Shown piece by piece: positions 11,201-19,705 of a stretch of DNA of 60,108 nucleotides (position 1 is the stretch's first letter; each line of letters opens with the position of its first letter). Source of the stretch: a virus. Lineage: Duplodnaviria > Caudoviricetes. A program made the position numbers and the translations under genes. The notes below the pieces were generated by a model. It ran no database searches and was not told where the DNA came from. It was given only the letters and a program-made list of their open reading frames with translations. The stretch spans positions 1 through 60,108 of the IMG/VR virus record IMGVR_UViG_3300008262_000065. The stretch is one strand, 5' to 3'.

Positions 11201-14200
11201 TTTATACTGCTTTCTTAGAGATTCTATTTTTTTAGCTAAAGCAATATTCAAATAAGGCAGATTGAATATTACATCTTCTCCATCTTTTTTATAAGATATT
11301 TTACCCGAAGCAATATTAGATGCAGTAGTTACTACACGACTATTAGGAGCATGAGACTCTGAGAATATATCTTCAGCACTATAATCTTCTTGGTATCCAT
11401 TTATTGTTTTTACTGTAGGATTATTTTCCCCTGCAACAACATCTTCTTCTCCTGTAAGTTTAACACCAACTCCTTCTTTTTCTAAATCTGATATTATAGA
11501 TTCAGACTTAGCTTTTATCTCAGGAGAACGATACATTGCATCCTTAATCTTAAAGTCTTTGTTATCTCCCTTATTTTCTACGAATCCAAATTTCTTATAG
11601 AAATCAGTAAGCCTTTTAACTGACTGTCCACCAAAGTCTGTTGATGGTGTAAGAGTAATCTTTAAGCCATTAGCATCAGCATATTTTATTATCTCTTCCA
11701 TCACTTTAGTTCCAACACCTGTATTCCTCTTGTCTTCAGGAACTACAATTCTTGAAAGAGTAATGTCTCCTTTATCTAAGTTACCCGTAAGGTCTAACTG
11801 AACACCATACCTCTCTTCAAGCTGAGTAGAAAAATCAATAGGGTTTATTTTTTCTTCTGCTCTGAACTCAACCTTTCTATTGGATGCCTGAAGTATAGAC
11901 TCAAGGTCAGATACCTCTTGCTCAATCGCAGTACGTTCAGCTACCAAATTACTTACCTCATCTACCTGCTTCTTGTTCGCATTGTATACGTTGTTCTCAA
12001 TGTCAGATAGTGTGGCTCCCTCAGCAACCTTCTCAGCTAATGCAGTGATGACACCATTAGCTTTATCTTCCTCTAAGGTATCGAAGTTTGCAAGGTCCTC
12101 TTCTGTATAGTCAATACGCTGACTAATTGATTCAGTAATCTCATCGAGGCGTGTCTTTGAAGACACTAAATCCTCTTGTGCTTGGGCTACTTCTTCTTTA
12201 GTTTTTTCGGCAACGACTTGAGGTTCTGTTTTGGGTTTTCCTTCCTCCACCGTTTCGCTAATTCCGGTTTCTGACTGAACAGGAACCGCACTTGGGCTTT
12301 GCTTTTGAATGGCATCTTTTAATTTTTTATTATATATACTGAGTGCTTCTTTATCATTATCTATAGTTACACGAGCACGAAGAAGTCTGCGACTATTCAT
12401 GTTGTCTAACTCCTTCGCAAATTGTTCACGAGTCATAACCTTACCACCCATGATGATTTTAGATACACCTTGACGAGTACCTACAATATCATTAATGTCA
12501 ACTGCAATTGTTTCACCATCTCCTACTTTTGTTTTGCTCTCAGGAAGTAGTTTCTTAGTCTCAGATATTAAAGCAATCTCTTTATTGATATTGTTAATCT
12601 TGTCTTTATTTATTGTTTTCCGGGCTTCTGTTGAAGACAGTTCATTTCTTGCAGCCAACAAATTCATCACCCTCGCCTCAACCTTTTTACCATTACCAAC
12701 AAGACGGCTTGTTGTTCCAACAGATACAAGTTCACGTGCATCTCTACGTAAACCTACATTCTGCTGAATGCGTTGGTTAACAGAGGCATCAATCTTCCCA
12801 AGCTTCTGCATATTGTTAGCCCACTGAGATATTCTTTCATCGCTAACATTCTCACGGGCTACACGGTCTATACTTGTCAAGTCATAAGCCAATTCTTTTT
12901 TGGCTTGGTCTTGTGATTGAAGGAATAGATTCGCTGCCATGCTTGATACATTACTACCAAGACCGCCTAATGCTTCGAGTCCAATTTCTTTTGCATTTAT
13001 CTCTTGACCTGCTACCACTTGTGCAGTAAACTCACCAAATGCTTCTGCTGCCGGGTCATAAACAATCCTTTCCCCAACTTGTGTTGCAATTTTTACAGGA
13101 ACTGTAGCTAATTTACTTGTCGTAAATACCTTACCCGCAATACCACTTGTAAGATAATCAACTACTGCAATAGGTATACCTCTTTTTAAACCTAATTCAG
13201 ACCCTTCACTCCATACTGTGTCATCTAAAAGAGCAGCCTCTACTTGTTTTGGGTCTAAAATATTGTAGCCTTTTTCACGCATTGTGTCCATGATAGAGTT
13301 GGTATACTCTAATGCGAACTGCGTTACTGAAAGACCAATCTTCATACCTCTAACTCCACCTGCTATAGCACCACCTGTTACAGTTGCAGGGGCTAATGGT
13401 CCACCTGCTAATCCTGCAATAGCACCTGTTGCTGCACCTGCAGCACCCATAGTTGGTACTATTTTTATACCCATAGGTGCCATTTGAGCCAAAGTAGTAA
13501 CAACAAGTGTTGACAATGCTTCTGCAGGGTCAGAGAAGAAAGTTTTTGAGAACTCTCCATCACGAGCCAAATTGATTCTTGTCATTACTCGTGATTGACC
13601 GCCTGAAGCATCCATGAGATTCTCAGTAATTATTCTTGCTACCTCTTGTCTATCACTTATATTCTTTACATCCTTTAACCCTAATGTCAATAATGCTATT
13701 TGCTCTGCTGCTTGACCATTATCTATAGCATTTCCTACAGATGAAATAAACCCGGCTAAGTTTTCCTCATAATCACCATTGCCTTCTTTGTTCCACTTTG
13801 CATCGTAGTATGTCTTAGACAATTCATATTTATCAGCAGCAGATTGTTTAGCTGCTTTTACTTTTACTAATTGAGCAGTAAGACTTTTGATATTCTCAGC
13901 ATCTTGTGGTGTCTTAGGAACTATAGTACTTATTTTCTCAATAGGCACATTGTATAGTTCCATTGCAGTTTGATTTAAAGAATCATACTCTTGCTTTGCT
14001 ATAGAATTAATCTTTATGGCTTCTCCTGCAATCTCATTCTGACGCTTTGCAAGGACTTCATCAAATGCTTCACGTGTACTTTGAATAGGTCCATCTTCAA
14101 AACCCATGAACTCTACATCATATACCTCTTCAAGAAGAACATCTTTTTTATTTAGAACATCTTCTCTTTTTTTCTCAAGTTCATCTGTTGAATATTGATA

Positions 14201-15577
14201 TAAACTCTTACCATCTTCACTGAAGTACTGAGGATTTTTTAATTTTTGCTCAGGAGTTATTATCTTGCCATCAAGCAAGTTATCAATTAAATCAAGTTCA
14301 TCTTGGAGTTTGGTATAGTTCTCATACTTCTTTTTCTCAGCATAGTAATCTAATCCCTTTTCTTTATAGAATGCTTGACCTTCAATATCAAAAGCATCAA
14401 TATCTTTCCAATCTCCCTCAGCAAAGTCTTTAGCCTCTTTATCAGAAGCAAACTCAAATACCTCACCACGCCTGCTTGCTTCAGCAAATGCCTCTTCAAA
14501 TGGCAACTCCATCCAATCCCTTTTGTCTGTGGTATAAGCTGCGTTTGGGTCTTTAGGGAATAATGTAGGAACTACAAAGAACCTACCATCTTGCTCAAAT
14601 GATGTGAACTTTACAGTTGAATAGGTACCATCATCATTTAATCTACCCACTTCTCTCATTCTCTGAGCACGAAGTGCTTTGCCTATATAGTCCTCAGATT
14701 TTTCTTCTTCACGCCCTTGCGCATATAAAGTAAGAAAGCTACGAAGCTTTTCAGATTCAGCAACTTCTGTAGAAGTAAGGAATGGGTCTAAGTCAATTTC
14801 AATTTCATGCTTACCATCAGATGTACGAACATACATTGAATCACCTGTGCCGGATTCTTCAAAATGAAACCCATAGGCATTGAATCTATTGTTTAATTCA
14901 GGAACTACATCTCCTTCTTCTTTATCAATAAGGTTTGCATTTACATCCTGTATGTACTGTTGAAACTGAGCATCTTGATTTGCTGCAATATTGCTGCTCT
15001 TTATAAGTTTCTCTTCTTCTTGAGCCTTTAATATGTCTGCTTTCTTTTGTTGCTCTTTTAACTTATTAGTTTCATCAACTATGGTTTCATATTTTTCTAA
15101 AGCTTGTGGAGCACCAAAGTCAGTTGTAGTTATAAGAGTATTATCTTTTGCTATAACCTCAACTCGCTGAGGTGGAGCAGGTGGGGTAGCAGGCTCATTA
15201 AAATAAATAGCATCTACTCCACCTTTAGGAACTCTTGACGAAAGGAAGTCCTCTTCCTTTTTTGCACCAAGATTTAATGCATACTCATTGGTACCTGATG
15301 ATTCCGAAGAACCAATCCCCGATAAGAATTCCGAACCTGAGATGGGAGCCGGGGCTTCTTTTTTTTTTATAGGTTCAATTATGGACGGAGCAGGACCAAC
15401 ACCAAATTGCCTAACGAATTCTTCTTTTGATTTTGTGTATGCACCACTTGAAACAAGACCATTATATAGTTTGTCTTGATATATAGAGTCTTGCATTTGT
15501 TTTTGAAATTCATCAAAAGATTTTGTATATGCGCCACTTGATACAAGACCATCATATAATTTTCTCAATCCATCCAT
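5249..15577 (-). CDS. Giant virion/ejected polyvalent protein (3442 aa) with GNAT, HhH-glycosylase-like and zincin metallopeptidase-like domains
   Basis: Last gene of the structural arm; GNAT motif IVVPEDKRNTGVGT..FYKKFGF (~11540-11830); WY..IIAALSPQ..KVRNFYNNI..TADTH..MQSITW (~10260-11060); HEFGH (9632-9646). Confidence 0.75.
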   Translation of the reverse strand: MDGLRKLYDGLVSSGAYTKSFDEFQKQMQDSIYQDKLYNGLVSSGAYTKSKEEFVRQFGVGPAPSIIEPIKKKEAPAPISGSEFLSGIGSSESSGTNEYALNLGAKKEEDFLSSRVPKGGVDAIYFNEPATPPAPPQRVEVIAKDNTLITTTDFGAPQALEKYETIVDETNKLKEQQKKADILKAQEEEKLIKSSNIAANQDAQFQQYIQDVNANLIDKEEGDVVPELNNRFNAYGFHFEESGTGDSMYVRTSDGKHEIEIDLDPFLTSTEVAESEKLRSFLTLYAQGREEEKSEDYIGKALRAQRMREVGRLNDDGTYSTVKFTSFEQDGRFFVVPTLFPKDPNAAYTTDKRDWMELPFEEAFAEASRRGEVFEFASDKEAKDFAEGDWKDIDAFDIEGQAFYKEKGLDYYAEKKKYENYTKLQDELDLIDNLLDGKIITPEQKLKNPQYFSEDGKSLYQYSTDELEKKREDVLNKKDVLLEEVYDVEFMGFEDGPIQSTREAFDEVLAKRQNEIAGEAIKINSIAKQEYDSLNQTAMELYNVPIEKISTIVPKTPQDAENIKSLTAQLVKVKAAKQSAADKYELSKTYYDAKWNKEGNGDYEENLAGFISSVGNAIDNGQAAEQIALLTLGLKDVKNISDRQEVARIITENLMDASGGQSRVMTRINLARDGEFSKTFFSDPAEALSTLVVTTLAQMAPMGIKIVPTMGAAGAATGAIAGLAGGPLAPATVTGGAIAGGVRGMKIGLSVTQFALEYTNSIMDTMREKGYNILDPKQVEAALLDDTVWSEGSELGLKRGIPIAVVDYLTSGIAGKVFTTSKLATVPVKIATQVGERIVYDPAAEAFGEFTAQVVAGQEINAKEIGLEALGGLGSNVSSMAANLFLQSQDQAKKELAYDLTSIDRVARENVSDERISQWANNMQKLGKIDASVNQRIQQNVGLRRDARELVSVGTTSRLVGNGKKVEARVMNLLAARNELSSTEARKTINKDKINNINKEIALISETKKLLPESKTKVGDGETIAVDINDIVGTRQGVSKIIMGGKVMTREQFAKELDNMNSRRLLRARVTIDNDKEALSIYNKKLKDAIQKQSPSAVPVQSETGISETVEEGKPKTEPQVVAEKTKEEVAQAQEDLVSSKTRLDEITESISQRIDYTEEDLANFDTLEEDKANGVITALAEKVAEGATLSDIENNVYNANKKQVDEVSNLVAERTAIEQEVSDLESILQASNRKVEFRAEEKINPIDFSTQLEERYGVQLDLTGNLDKGDITLSRIVVPEDKRNTGVGTKVMEEIIKYADANGLKITLTPSTDFGGQSVKRLTDFYKKFGFVENKGDNKDFKIKDAMYRSPEIKAKSESIISDLEKEGVGVKLTGEEDVVAGENNPTVKTINGYQEDYSAEDIFSESHAPNSRVVTTASNIASGKISYKKDGEDVIFNLPYLNIALAKKIESLRKQYKSITGSGKAAKEEKEKIKKEINKVAKKILSEFTDVMSQNLLALYDTLTPEFVKDSKQWYVGANRMANAIANKYNMTVEQVGGIIAALSPQNDWFNNVSVAERTIEIMSKYADTKLTKDIVDRAVKYNSDKSGTPNAFAEILIDLFNKIGEVSINEAQNKNDGTFIQATILRAFDQAINSPKVAITNPTGAFVGFDTTPVRWNSTSEISKAINIFRNGDVKNVNENLGNGNKVRNFYNNIVDPNSSTPYVTADTHALSAALNSPISANDASGFGLFNGSLEPTYALVKEAYIRAAQVAGILPREMQSITWEAQRIGINDKNRTEVKKQELFNYISESRKNKETAYERATELIARNRSADPTWGKSNGIRTQKSIEDIRREVRLRAEQRISDLSSLRGTTQRGMGDTTPKLGRGTAGRASLSEGVGTKGTVQNGLTQQQFTDALAEGNLSNATKLANFLNKVFPSVTISTDKVSFDTIMSQVGTEMYMRGNQIVYGVTVDGDVYINPDVHNSESDLFNTTVHEFGHVWTDYLQTSEKGRQLYQRGTQLVEDGIANDENVKKIFDAQMKKYPDNRARAINETMAILIGNKGEVIVNQSVKSNFKNWLLDVFKFIKEKFKMSKDLTAEDVQNLTLDGFIETALADIFSGEEISLTEAQKKSLKNPDAMFSSTQSMQSIIQQARANGFSDAAIKQVLLNRGFRANDIKNALIVNIDVDTNLPREFANIQGGIAKGYQLFTDIRAQLQRFAHSGPRGGIRKEQTKTWSEIREKAIELLKAHPIYQAQSDDIQVNTNTPLPPAFANIKDGLQLFTDVLTELKRFSNLNARGVVGRTRTKTAEEIRAKAISLLKAHRVYKTQSNTVQMGLISAFDRALDARPSTVQMELISAFDRTLNTSANTNVTRQIAAIRNNLRQRRIGAKELQQAKIAVKNLIRSVLPKSDTYSQVQINKLISIISNATEDTILADTEKVMAIVQQQRAKMKTSVIENMMKLVIKKAKVSIGKSGKRRGRGLDARGQQFFKNIKSILEAVVKNDTEFMTKLANELLDADSKGLIEEAIQKELLGEQLTQDEIKLIDKAYAFDTFGDLMTMELEDVQQLYNELQTARAESIMRLRTRREVRNLKYKAINKQATDQIAELYPELFISEVKDVALSNDKIAQLNVGENVLIQDTSSPNQPKIKAVVKFKDPNGLYVDITDGSQIYRIVLNGGQNKFKVLKTETVVREKTNGELTQDRAAIRLAFQKLQIWSGFKKLAARWNFTTITGMKDFMRNRILHIGSLMNLFDNDAKGLTFFRDNIYRPLNRMDEKSKVGYFLEMTNLDAMANSIPGITKGYKQIRNMLQTGIHEFVINGGKEIYNADKLLRIYALSLNDDQNKKLKAMGWNDAQIQKIKDIVGPQAIEFTNKLVDYFSNDYYESVNKVYSNVNDVNLGYISNYFPTITQAKKVNKDMLDNGDFSGIFNAETAPALKERTDKTGVIELNYDFTDVVESHFVTMEKYKAYAEGVKDMNAIFNNDAFNVLLEESGLQQVVRRSVNFAITPNAGQKEKQTALGKMMTKFTGYALSFKAIQILKQATSFINAYEDYRYFSKDSRIPKAIQAPIDMMMFMVDSAKVIATLPKQVRKAYGMSANVRDRMLKGIEGDVYGLETGSSVFTPINKRTDIWARAVRAFKTGAAGPTVLGDILGVMGYMVNYNRNIANGMTEAQALEAFNNYNATAQSRRGTEKSPIQQNSSEMARAFTMFGSTTFLQINKVLTAQTNIFRAIKERKMPSSKDIRAFAINLGVANALFVGTSNLAKYIKGDDEDREEVIRQMKRAMLGLNLIESIPLVGTAVESALSYIEGEEGRRGDGVVNPYMQIYRKIQKATEEDTTWGMVQPVIEITIGAQLDPFIGLYNGFAEGFDEEAMYDILGISKSYRPTQEKEGSDTPQNKPMTKEDMKRYYPEMYEQLYGPYSNSLESDPAYEAYRKEIDAELQRAKDAAHGYVPKEK
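12151..12166. repeat. 16-bp palindrome copy 3 (in giant protein CDS)
   Basis: GTGTCTTTGAAGACAC, read as VSSKT. Confidence 0.95.
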
Positions 15578-15581
15578 ACTA

Positions 15582-15589
15582 CAAAGTTA
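15582..15589 (-). promoter_or_regulatory. Bacteroidota -7 promoter box, 4 nt upstream of the giant-gene ATG
   Basis: TAACTTTG-TAGT-ATG on the - strand. Confidence 0.7.
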
Positions 15590-15610
15590 TATTTTTTTTA
15601 TTCGTGTTTA

Positions 15611-17515
15611 TTATAGATTATTAGCCCAACCCGGAGTATTGGTTTTTGTAGGTGTAACAGTTGAAAGTGGTTTTGATTCTGCTGCTTTTTTATCTGCTTC
15701 TGCTTGTGCTGCTGCTGATTTTTCTGCTCTTGTTTTCTCATATTGAATTTTTGCAACAGGGAATTTCTGTTCAGCAGAAGCAACACTTGCTGCTAAAGCT
15801 TTCAATGATTCAATATAATTTTTAGAGTTATTAGCATTGGTACCATCAAAACTTAATTCAAGTACCTTTTTATCTTTTGCATCTTTAATTAAAACTACAT
15901 CAGAAGGACTACCATCTCCTGTTGCCTTATACCCTTGTAATCCCGGTATAGCACCCAATATACCATTGAAGTAATCAATCGCACCATCTTCATTATCTTT
16001 ATAGGTTTTTAATGTTCCTTCACTAAACAATGTTCCAACATAATTTTTAAACTCTTCGTCTGTATTCATCTGCTCGGCTTGTGAACTTTTTTCATATGTC
16101 TTATTAAGATTTTTACCATATGCTCCTTGTTCAGAACCTCTACGTACTGCATTCATATCAAGAGTAGGGTCAAGGAATCTTCCAACTGTAGCTACAAAAT
16201 CATTATAGTCTCCAAAGTTAAATGTTTTTGTAATACCACTTCTTGTTATAGAAAGACCACTTTTTGTCCTATTAACTGCAGTAACATCGGGACTTGCTAA
16301 TACCCAACTCAATGCAGAATCTATCTCATCAGAAGTACCACCGTATAGTTTTCCTATCATATTACCTGAATCTGCATCAGCTTTTTTCTTATTACTCGCT
16401 TCAACTTGCCATTGTTGTACAGGCTGAGGCTGCTGCTCTTGGGTTACTTGTACACTTGTCTTTCTATCAAGAGCATTACGTGTCTGAGCACGTAGGAACT
16501 TAGTAGCTGCCTCTGTTTGCTTCTCACTAAATACAGGCTTAGGCATACCTGAGCCATCATCTTCTAATAAGATATACTTCTCATTTGTCTTTGCCAATTC
16601 AGGGTCAAACGTAGGCTCATAAAAATCTTTAGTACCCGGTACCTTGTCAATTGCATCAGTCAATAGGCTCAACTGATTATATGGATTTGACAATTGAGCA
16701 TTTATAGAATTCATCTCCCACTCTTGATAAGCAGTAACTGTCTTCTTATCCTCATCTGACAATCGAGTTCTATTCGTTGGGTCCAATATCTCTGTTACAT
16801 TAGCCATCTTATAAAGACCCGCTACTTTTGCAATTGAAGCAGTTTGAAATTCTCCCAATGCGCTAACCTCTCTATCTACTGAACCAACATAATCAAACCT
16901 ATCCAACTTGACATTCATCCTATTCCTAAGTTGGTTTACAGTTAGATACTTGTCAGGGTTCTCTTCCATAACCATCACCTCTTTACCATCAACAACCTTC
17001 TTGGTCATCCCGGCAAGACTTACTGTATAGTTAGTTGGATTGATATACGCTTTAGTATTCTTGAAATTACTTAGACCCTCTACCTGCTCCATAAGCCAAG
17101 CCTCAGTATCCTGAGATTCACCTGCTTGGTATCTCTTCATTGCTTCTGATGCTTTTTCTTGATACTCTTTTGCAACTTGGAACATCTGATTGGTACCATC
17201 ATTTAGATTCTGACGAGCAACGGTATAGTCTTTTACTTTAAGCATACCACTCTTCAATAGTCTGTCCTGAAGCAAACGTGCTTGTGATGCATCAGCTGCA
17301 TATCCTAATATCCATTCATTGGCTGATTTAAAATCCCCGGTAGGAGCATTAGATAATGTTTCACCAAACTCTCTCGATGCTTGGTCTATTGCATCTTTCT
17401 TTTCTTCACGCAGTCTATCCTCTTCACGGAGCATATCAACTACGTTCTTACCTATCTCAGACCAATTTATCTGAGCATCTATATTCCGTTCAGCGTATTT
17501 ATAATATGTTGCCAT
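15611..17515 (-). CDS. Putative internal virion/ejection protein
   Basis: 634-aa ORF, largely helical-looking, directly upstream of the giant protein. Confidence 0.55.
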   Translation of the reverse strand: MATYYKYAERNIDAQINWSEIGKNVVDMLREEDRLREEKKDAIDQASREFGETLSNAPTGDFKSANEWILGYAADASQARLLQDRLLKSGMLKVKDYTVARQNLNDGTNQMFQVAKEYQEKASEAMKRYQAGESQDTEAWLMEQVEGLSNFKNTKAYINPTNYTVSLAGMTKKVVDGKEVMVMEENPDKYLTVNQLRNRMNVKLDRFDYVGSVDREVSALGEFQTASIAKVAGLYKMANVTEILDPTNRTRLSDEDKKTVTAYQEWEMNSINAQLSNPYNQLSLLTDAIDKVPGTKDFYEPTFDPELAKTNEKYILLEDDGSGMPKPVFSEKQTEAATKFLRAQTRNALDRKTSVQVTQEQQPQPVQQWQVEASNKKKADADSGNMIGKLYGGTSDEIDSALSWVLASPDVTAVNRTKSGLSITRSGITKTFNFGDYNDFVATVGRFLDPTLDMNAVRRGSEQGAYGKNLNKTYEKSSQAEQMNTDEEFKNYVGTLFSEGTLKTYKDNEDGAIDYFNGILGAIPGLQGYKATGDGSPSDVVLIKDAKDKKVLELSFDGTNANNSKNYIESLKALAASVASAEQKFPVAKIQYEKTRAEKSAAAQAEADKKAAESKPLSTVTPTKTNTPGWANNL

Positions 17516-17518
17516 GTC

Positions 17519-18466
17519 TTATCTATTAGGAATATAGAATGGATTCATGAACTGTGCATCTATATTAGGAATTCCTAATAGTTTTGCACGTTGGTCTGCA
17601 CTTAAATTGTATGGGTTGATATATGACTTGCTATTATCAATACCACCATAGTTCAGGTAGTCACTACCAATTTGAGATAGGTTGCCTTGAGGCATCTTAG
17701 ACATACCTTGAAACTGTGCCATAAACTTAGGGTCATTAAACAACTGCATCTTCTGCTCAGTGGTTAAGTTCGGAAACAACTTGCTCATATCTTGAGGAGT
17801 CATTTGACCAACCTGATTGGTACTAAGCGGTGTGTTAGTCGCAGGTGTGTTAGTTGCAGATGTAGTAGTAGGCACAATAGGTAGTCCCGTCAATGGGTCA
17901 ATGCCTTTTTTTCTTGCGTATAATGGGTACAATGAAAGACCCTGCGTCACCAAACTTGTAACACCCTGTATGCCCTGCTGAGTAGCAAGACCCTTAGCCT
18001 CTGCTGCTTGCGCTGCTGCTAATTGAGCACCCTCTACTTCACTCAAGTCTAACTGTATCCCAACATCACGCAGTCGTGCATCTTCTTGTGCAGATAGCTT
18101 CTCAAGACCCATCATCTCTTGACCCATTGCCGTTGCAATCTCACGCTGACCCTGTTGTTGCGCCATCTGAACACGACCTGCAACTGCTGCTGCACCACGT
18201 TCACTCTCTTTACCCGCCTCAATAGCCTGTGCTCCCGCAGCTATAATAGCCTCACGTTCCAATTCATATGGCTCCTTCTGAATTGCTAATTGGTCATAGT
18301 AATTCACCTCAAGCTTTTTACGAGCCTCAGCCATCATCTTAGATGCCTCGTCTTCTGCTTGTTGTTGTATCTTCCTTTGCTTACGAGCCTGAGCAAAAGA
18401 CATCCCGGTTGTTGCTGCGGTTGTTGCTAAACCAACCCCTGCTGCTACAGTTGTAAATGCTGCCAT
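17519..18466 (-). CDS. Putative internal virion (pilot/ejection) protein
   Basis: Ala/Gly/Thr-rich hydrophobic N-terminus and Gln/Ala coiled coil, as in podovirus ejection proteins. Confidence 0.55.
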   Translation of the reverse strand: MAAFTTVAAGVGLATTAATTGMSFAQARKQRKIQQQAEDEASKMMAEARKKLEVNYYDQLAIQKEPYELEREAIIAAGAQAIEAGKESERGAAAVAGRVQMAQQQGQREIATAMGQEMMGLEKLSAQEDARLRDVGIQLDLSEVEGAQLAAAQAAEAKGLATQQGIQGVTSLVTQGLSLYPLYARKKGIDPLTGLPIVPTTTSATNTPATNTPLSTNQVGQMTPQDMSKLFPNLTTEQKMQLFNDPKFMAQFQGMSKMPQGNLSQIGSDYLNYGGIDNSKSYINPYNLSADQRAKLLGIPNIDAQFMNPFYIPNR

Positions 18467-18467
18467 T

Positions 18468-18878
18468 TTAAAATACTTTAATCATTTCAGTTGTGTACTT
18501 ATCACCCTCGATATATCCAAGAGTCTTATATGTCTCAATAAGTCCTCTGTGCTTTATCAAAGCGTAACAATATTTATGCCCCAAGTTTTTTGCGATATTC
18601 GTTAGTGTCTCAATCAGCAAACCAATTGCCTGTTGGCGTTGTGGCTTCTTCCTGTAATCTTTATTTGACACTATCCAATCCACCCAAGCTACACCACTAT
18701 TGGTAGTATAGAGAAATCCTGCACATATTGGAGTAGTGTCTTCAAAGACACACAATCCACCTATGCCATCCGCAGGAAGGAAGTCTTTCTTTGGTGGCTC
18801 CCAACCCCAAGATTCCCACCATCCCACAAGGAAGTCGGAGTAATCGGTTTCTTTTAAAGGTTGAATATCTAATTCCAT
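18468..18878 (-). CDS. GNAT-fold protein between tail and ejection genes
   Basis: ICAGFLY..AWVDWIVSN..YKTLGY; position analogous to T7 gp13. Confidence 0.55.
   Translation of the reverse strand: MELDIQPLKETDYSDFLVGWWESWGWEPPKKDFLPADGIGGLCVFEDTTPICAGFLYTTNSGVAWVDWIVSNKDYRKKPQRQQAIGLLIETLTNIAKNLGHKYCYALIKHRGLIETYKTLGYIEGDKYTTEMIKVF
18736..18751. repeat. 16-bp palindrome copy 4 (in CDS)
   Basis: GTGTCTTCAAAGACAC, read as CVFEDT. Confidence 0.95.
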
Positions 18879-18884
18879 ATACTA

Positions 18885-18892
18885 CAAATTTA
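18885..18892 (-). promoter_or_regulatory. -7 promoter box
   Basis: TAAATTTG, 6 nt before the ATG at 18878. Confidence 0.6.
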
Positions 18893-19696
18893 CGGAAAAC
18901 TTTTCATCACATCAGACTCCACTGCAAACAACTCAGTCTTATCAGTATTGTTGTTCTCAATTGTGAATATGCAATAGTGACCCAATACACCATGAGACTC
19001 AGCAATAGAGTTCTTGATGTACAGGTAGTATGCAGTTGCAATTGATGGCAAAGAACCTGAAGGAACAGTTGTGTCAACCACTATGAAGTTTTGTCCTGAT
19101 GGATAGTTCTGAACCACATCAGTAATCTTACCAATAAATACAGGAGTGCTATATGGTGGTGGTGCACTGTATAGGTTGTCGCCAATGCTCACGATATTGC
19201 CAATAGATACTAATGGAGATATTGAGAAGTTTATCACAACCGCTGCAGGTACTGCCGTATTTATAGAAACGCTTCTACCTATACCGTTCAACGACCTCAA
19301 TGGGAACTCTTGACCCGCAGTAGCAGGAGTAGTACCCGCATTTCTGATGAATGCATACCAAGACGCTTCCTTCTTCTCAAACCAAGTCTTATTAATAAAC
19401 CCGGTAGTTTGAATGTCTGTCTCAATTTCTGCTTCCCATGCATGGTCTCCCTCTAAGTTTAGAGTCTTGAACAATTTGTTTTCTAATGGTGCATCATTGA
19501 ATACACTCTGAATACGAGATGTATACTGAACACCATAGAAGTTATTCCTCACGGGATTGACATTGTGACGATACAGATTTCCACCCTTAAAGGTGTAGAA
19601 GAACTGATTCATTCCTATCATCCAATCAGGATAGAAGGAGAAGAAGGATGTCCATCCTGTTACTCCATCGTCATATGTTAATGTATAGTTTGACAT
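18890..19696 (-). CDS. Tail protein, resembling the C-terminal part of a tail stabilisation/nozzle protein
   Basis: TLTYDD..GWTSFFSFYPD..NKLFKTLNLEG..KKEASWYA..ELFAVES. Confidence 0.6.
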   Translation of the reverse strand: MSNYTLTYDDGVTGWTSFFSFYPDWMIGMNQFFYTFKGGNLYRHNVNPVRNNFYGVQYTSRIQSVFNDAPLENKLFKTLNLEGDHAWEAEIETDIQTTGFINKTWFEKKEASWYAFIRNAGTTPATAGQEFPLRSLNGIGRSVSINTAVPAAVVINFSISPLVSIGNIVSIGDNLYSAPPPYSTPVFIGKITDVVQNYPSGQNFIVVDTTVPSGSLPSIATAYYLYIKNSIAESHGVLGHYCIFTIENNNTDKTELFAVESDVMKSFP

Positions 19697-19705
19697 ATCT
19701 ATTTT

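Noticed and set aside
5249-15577. crAss-like virion RNA polymerase
   Set aside because: No DxDxD (DFDID/DFDGD-type) catalytic motif found in the translation
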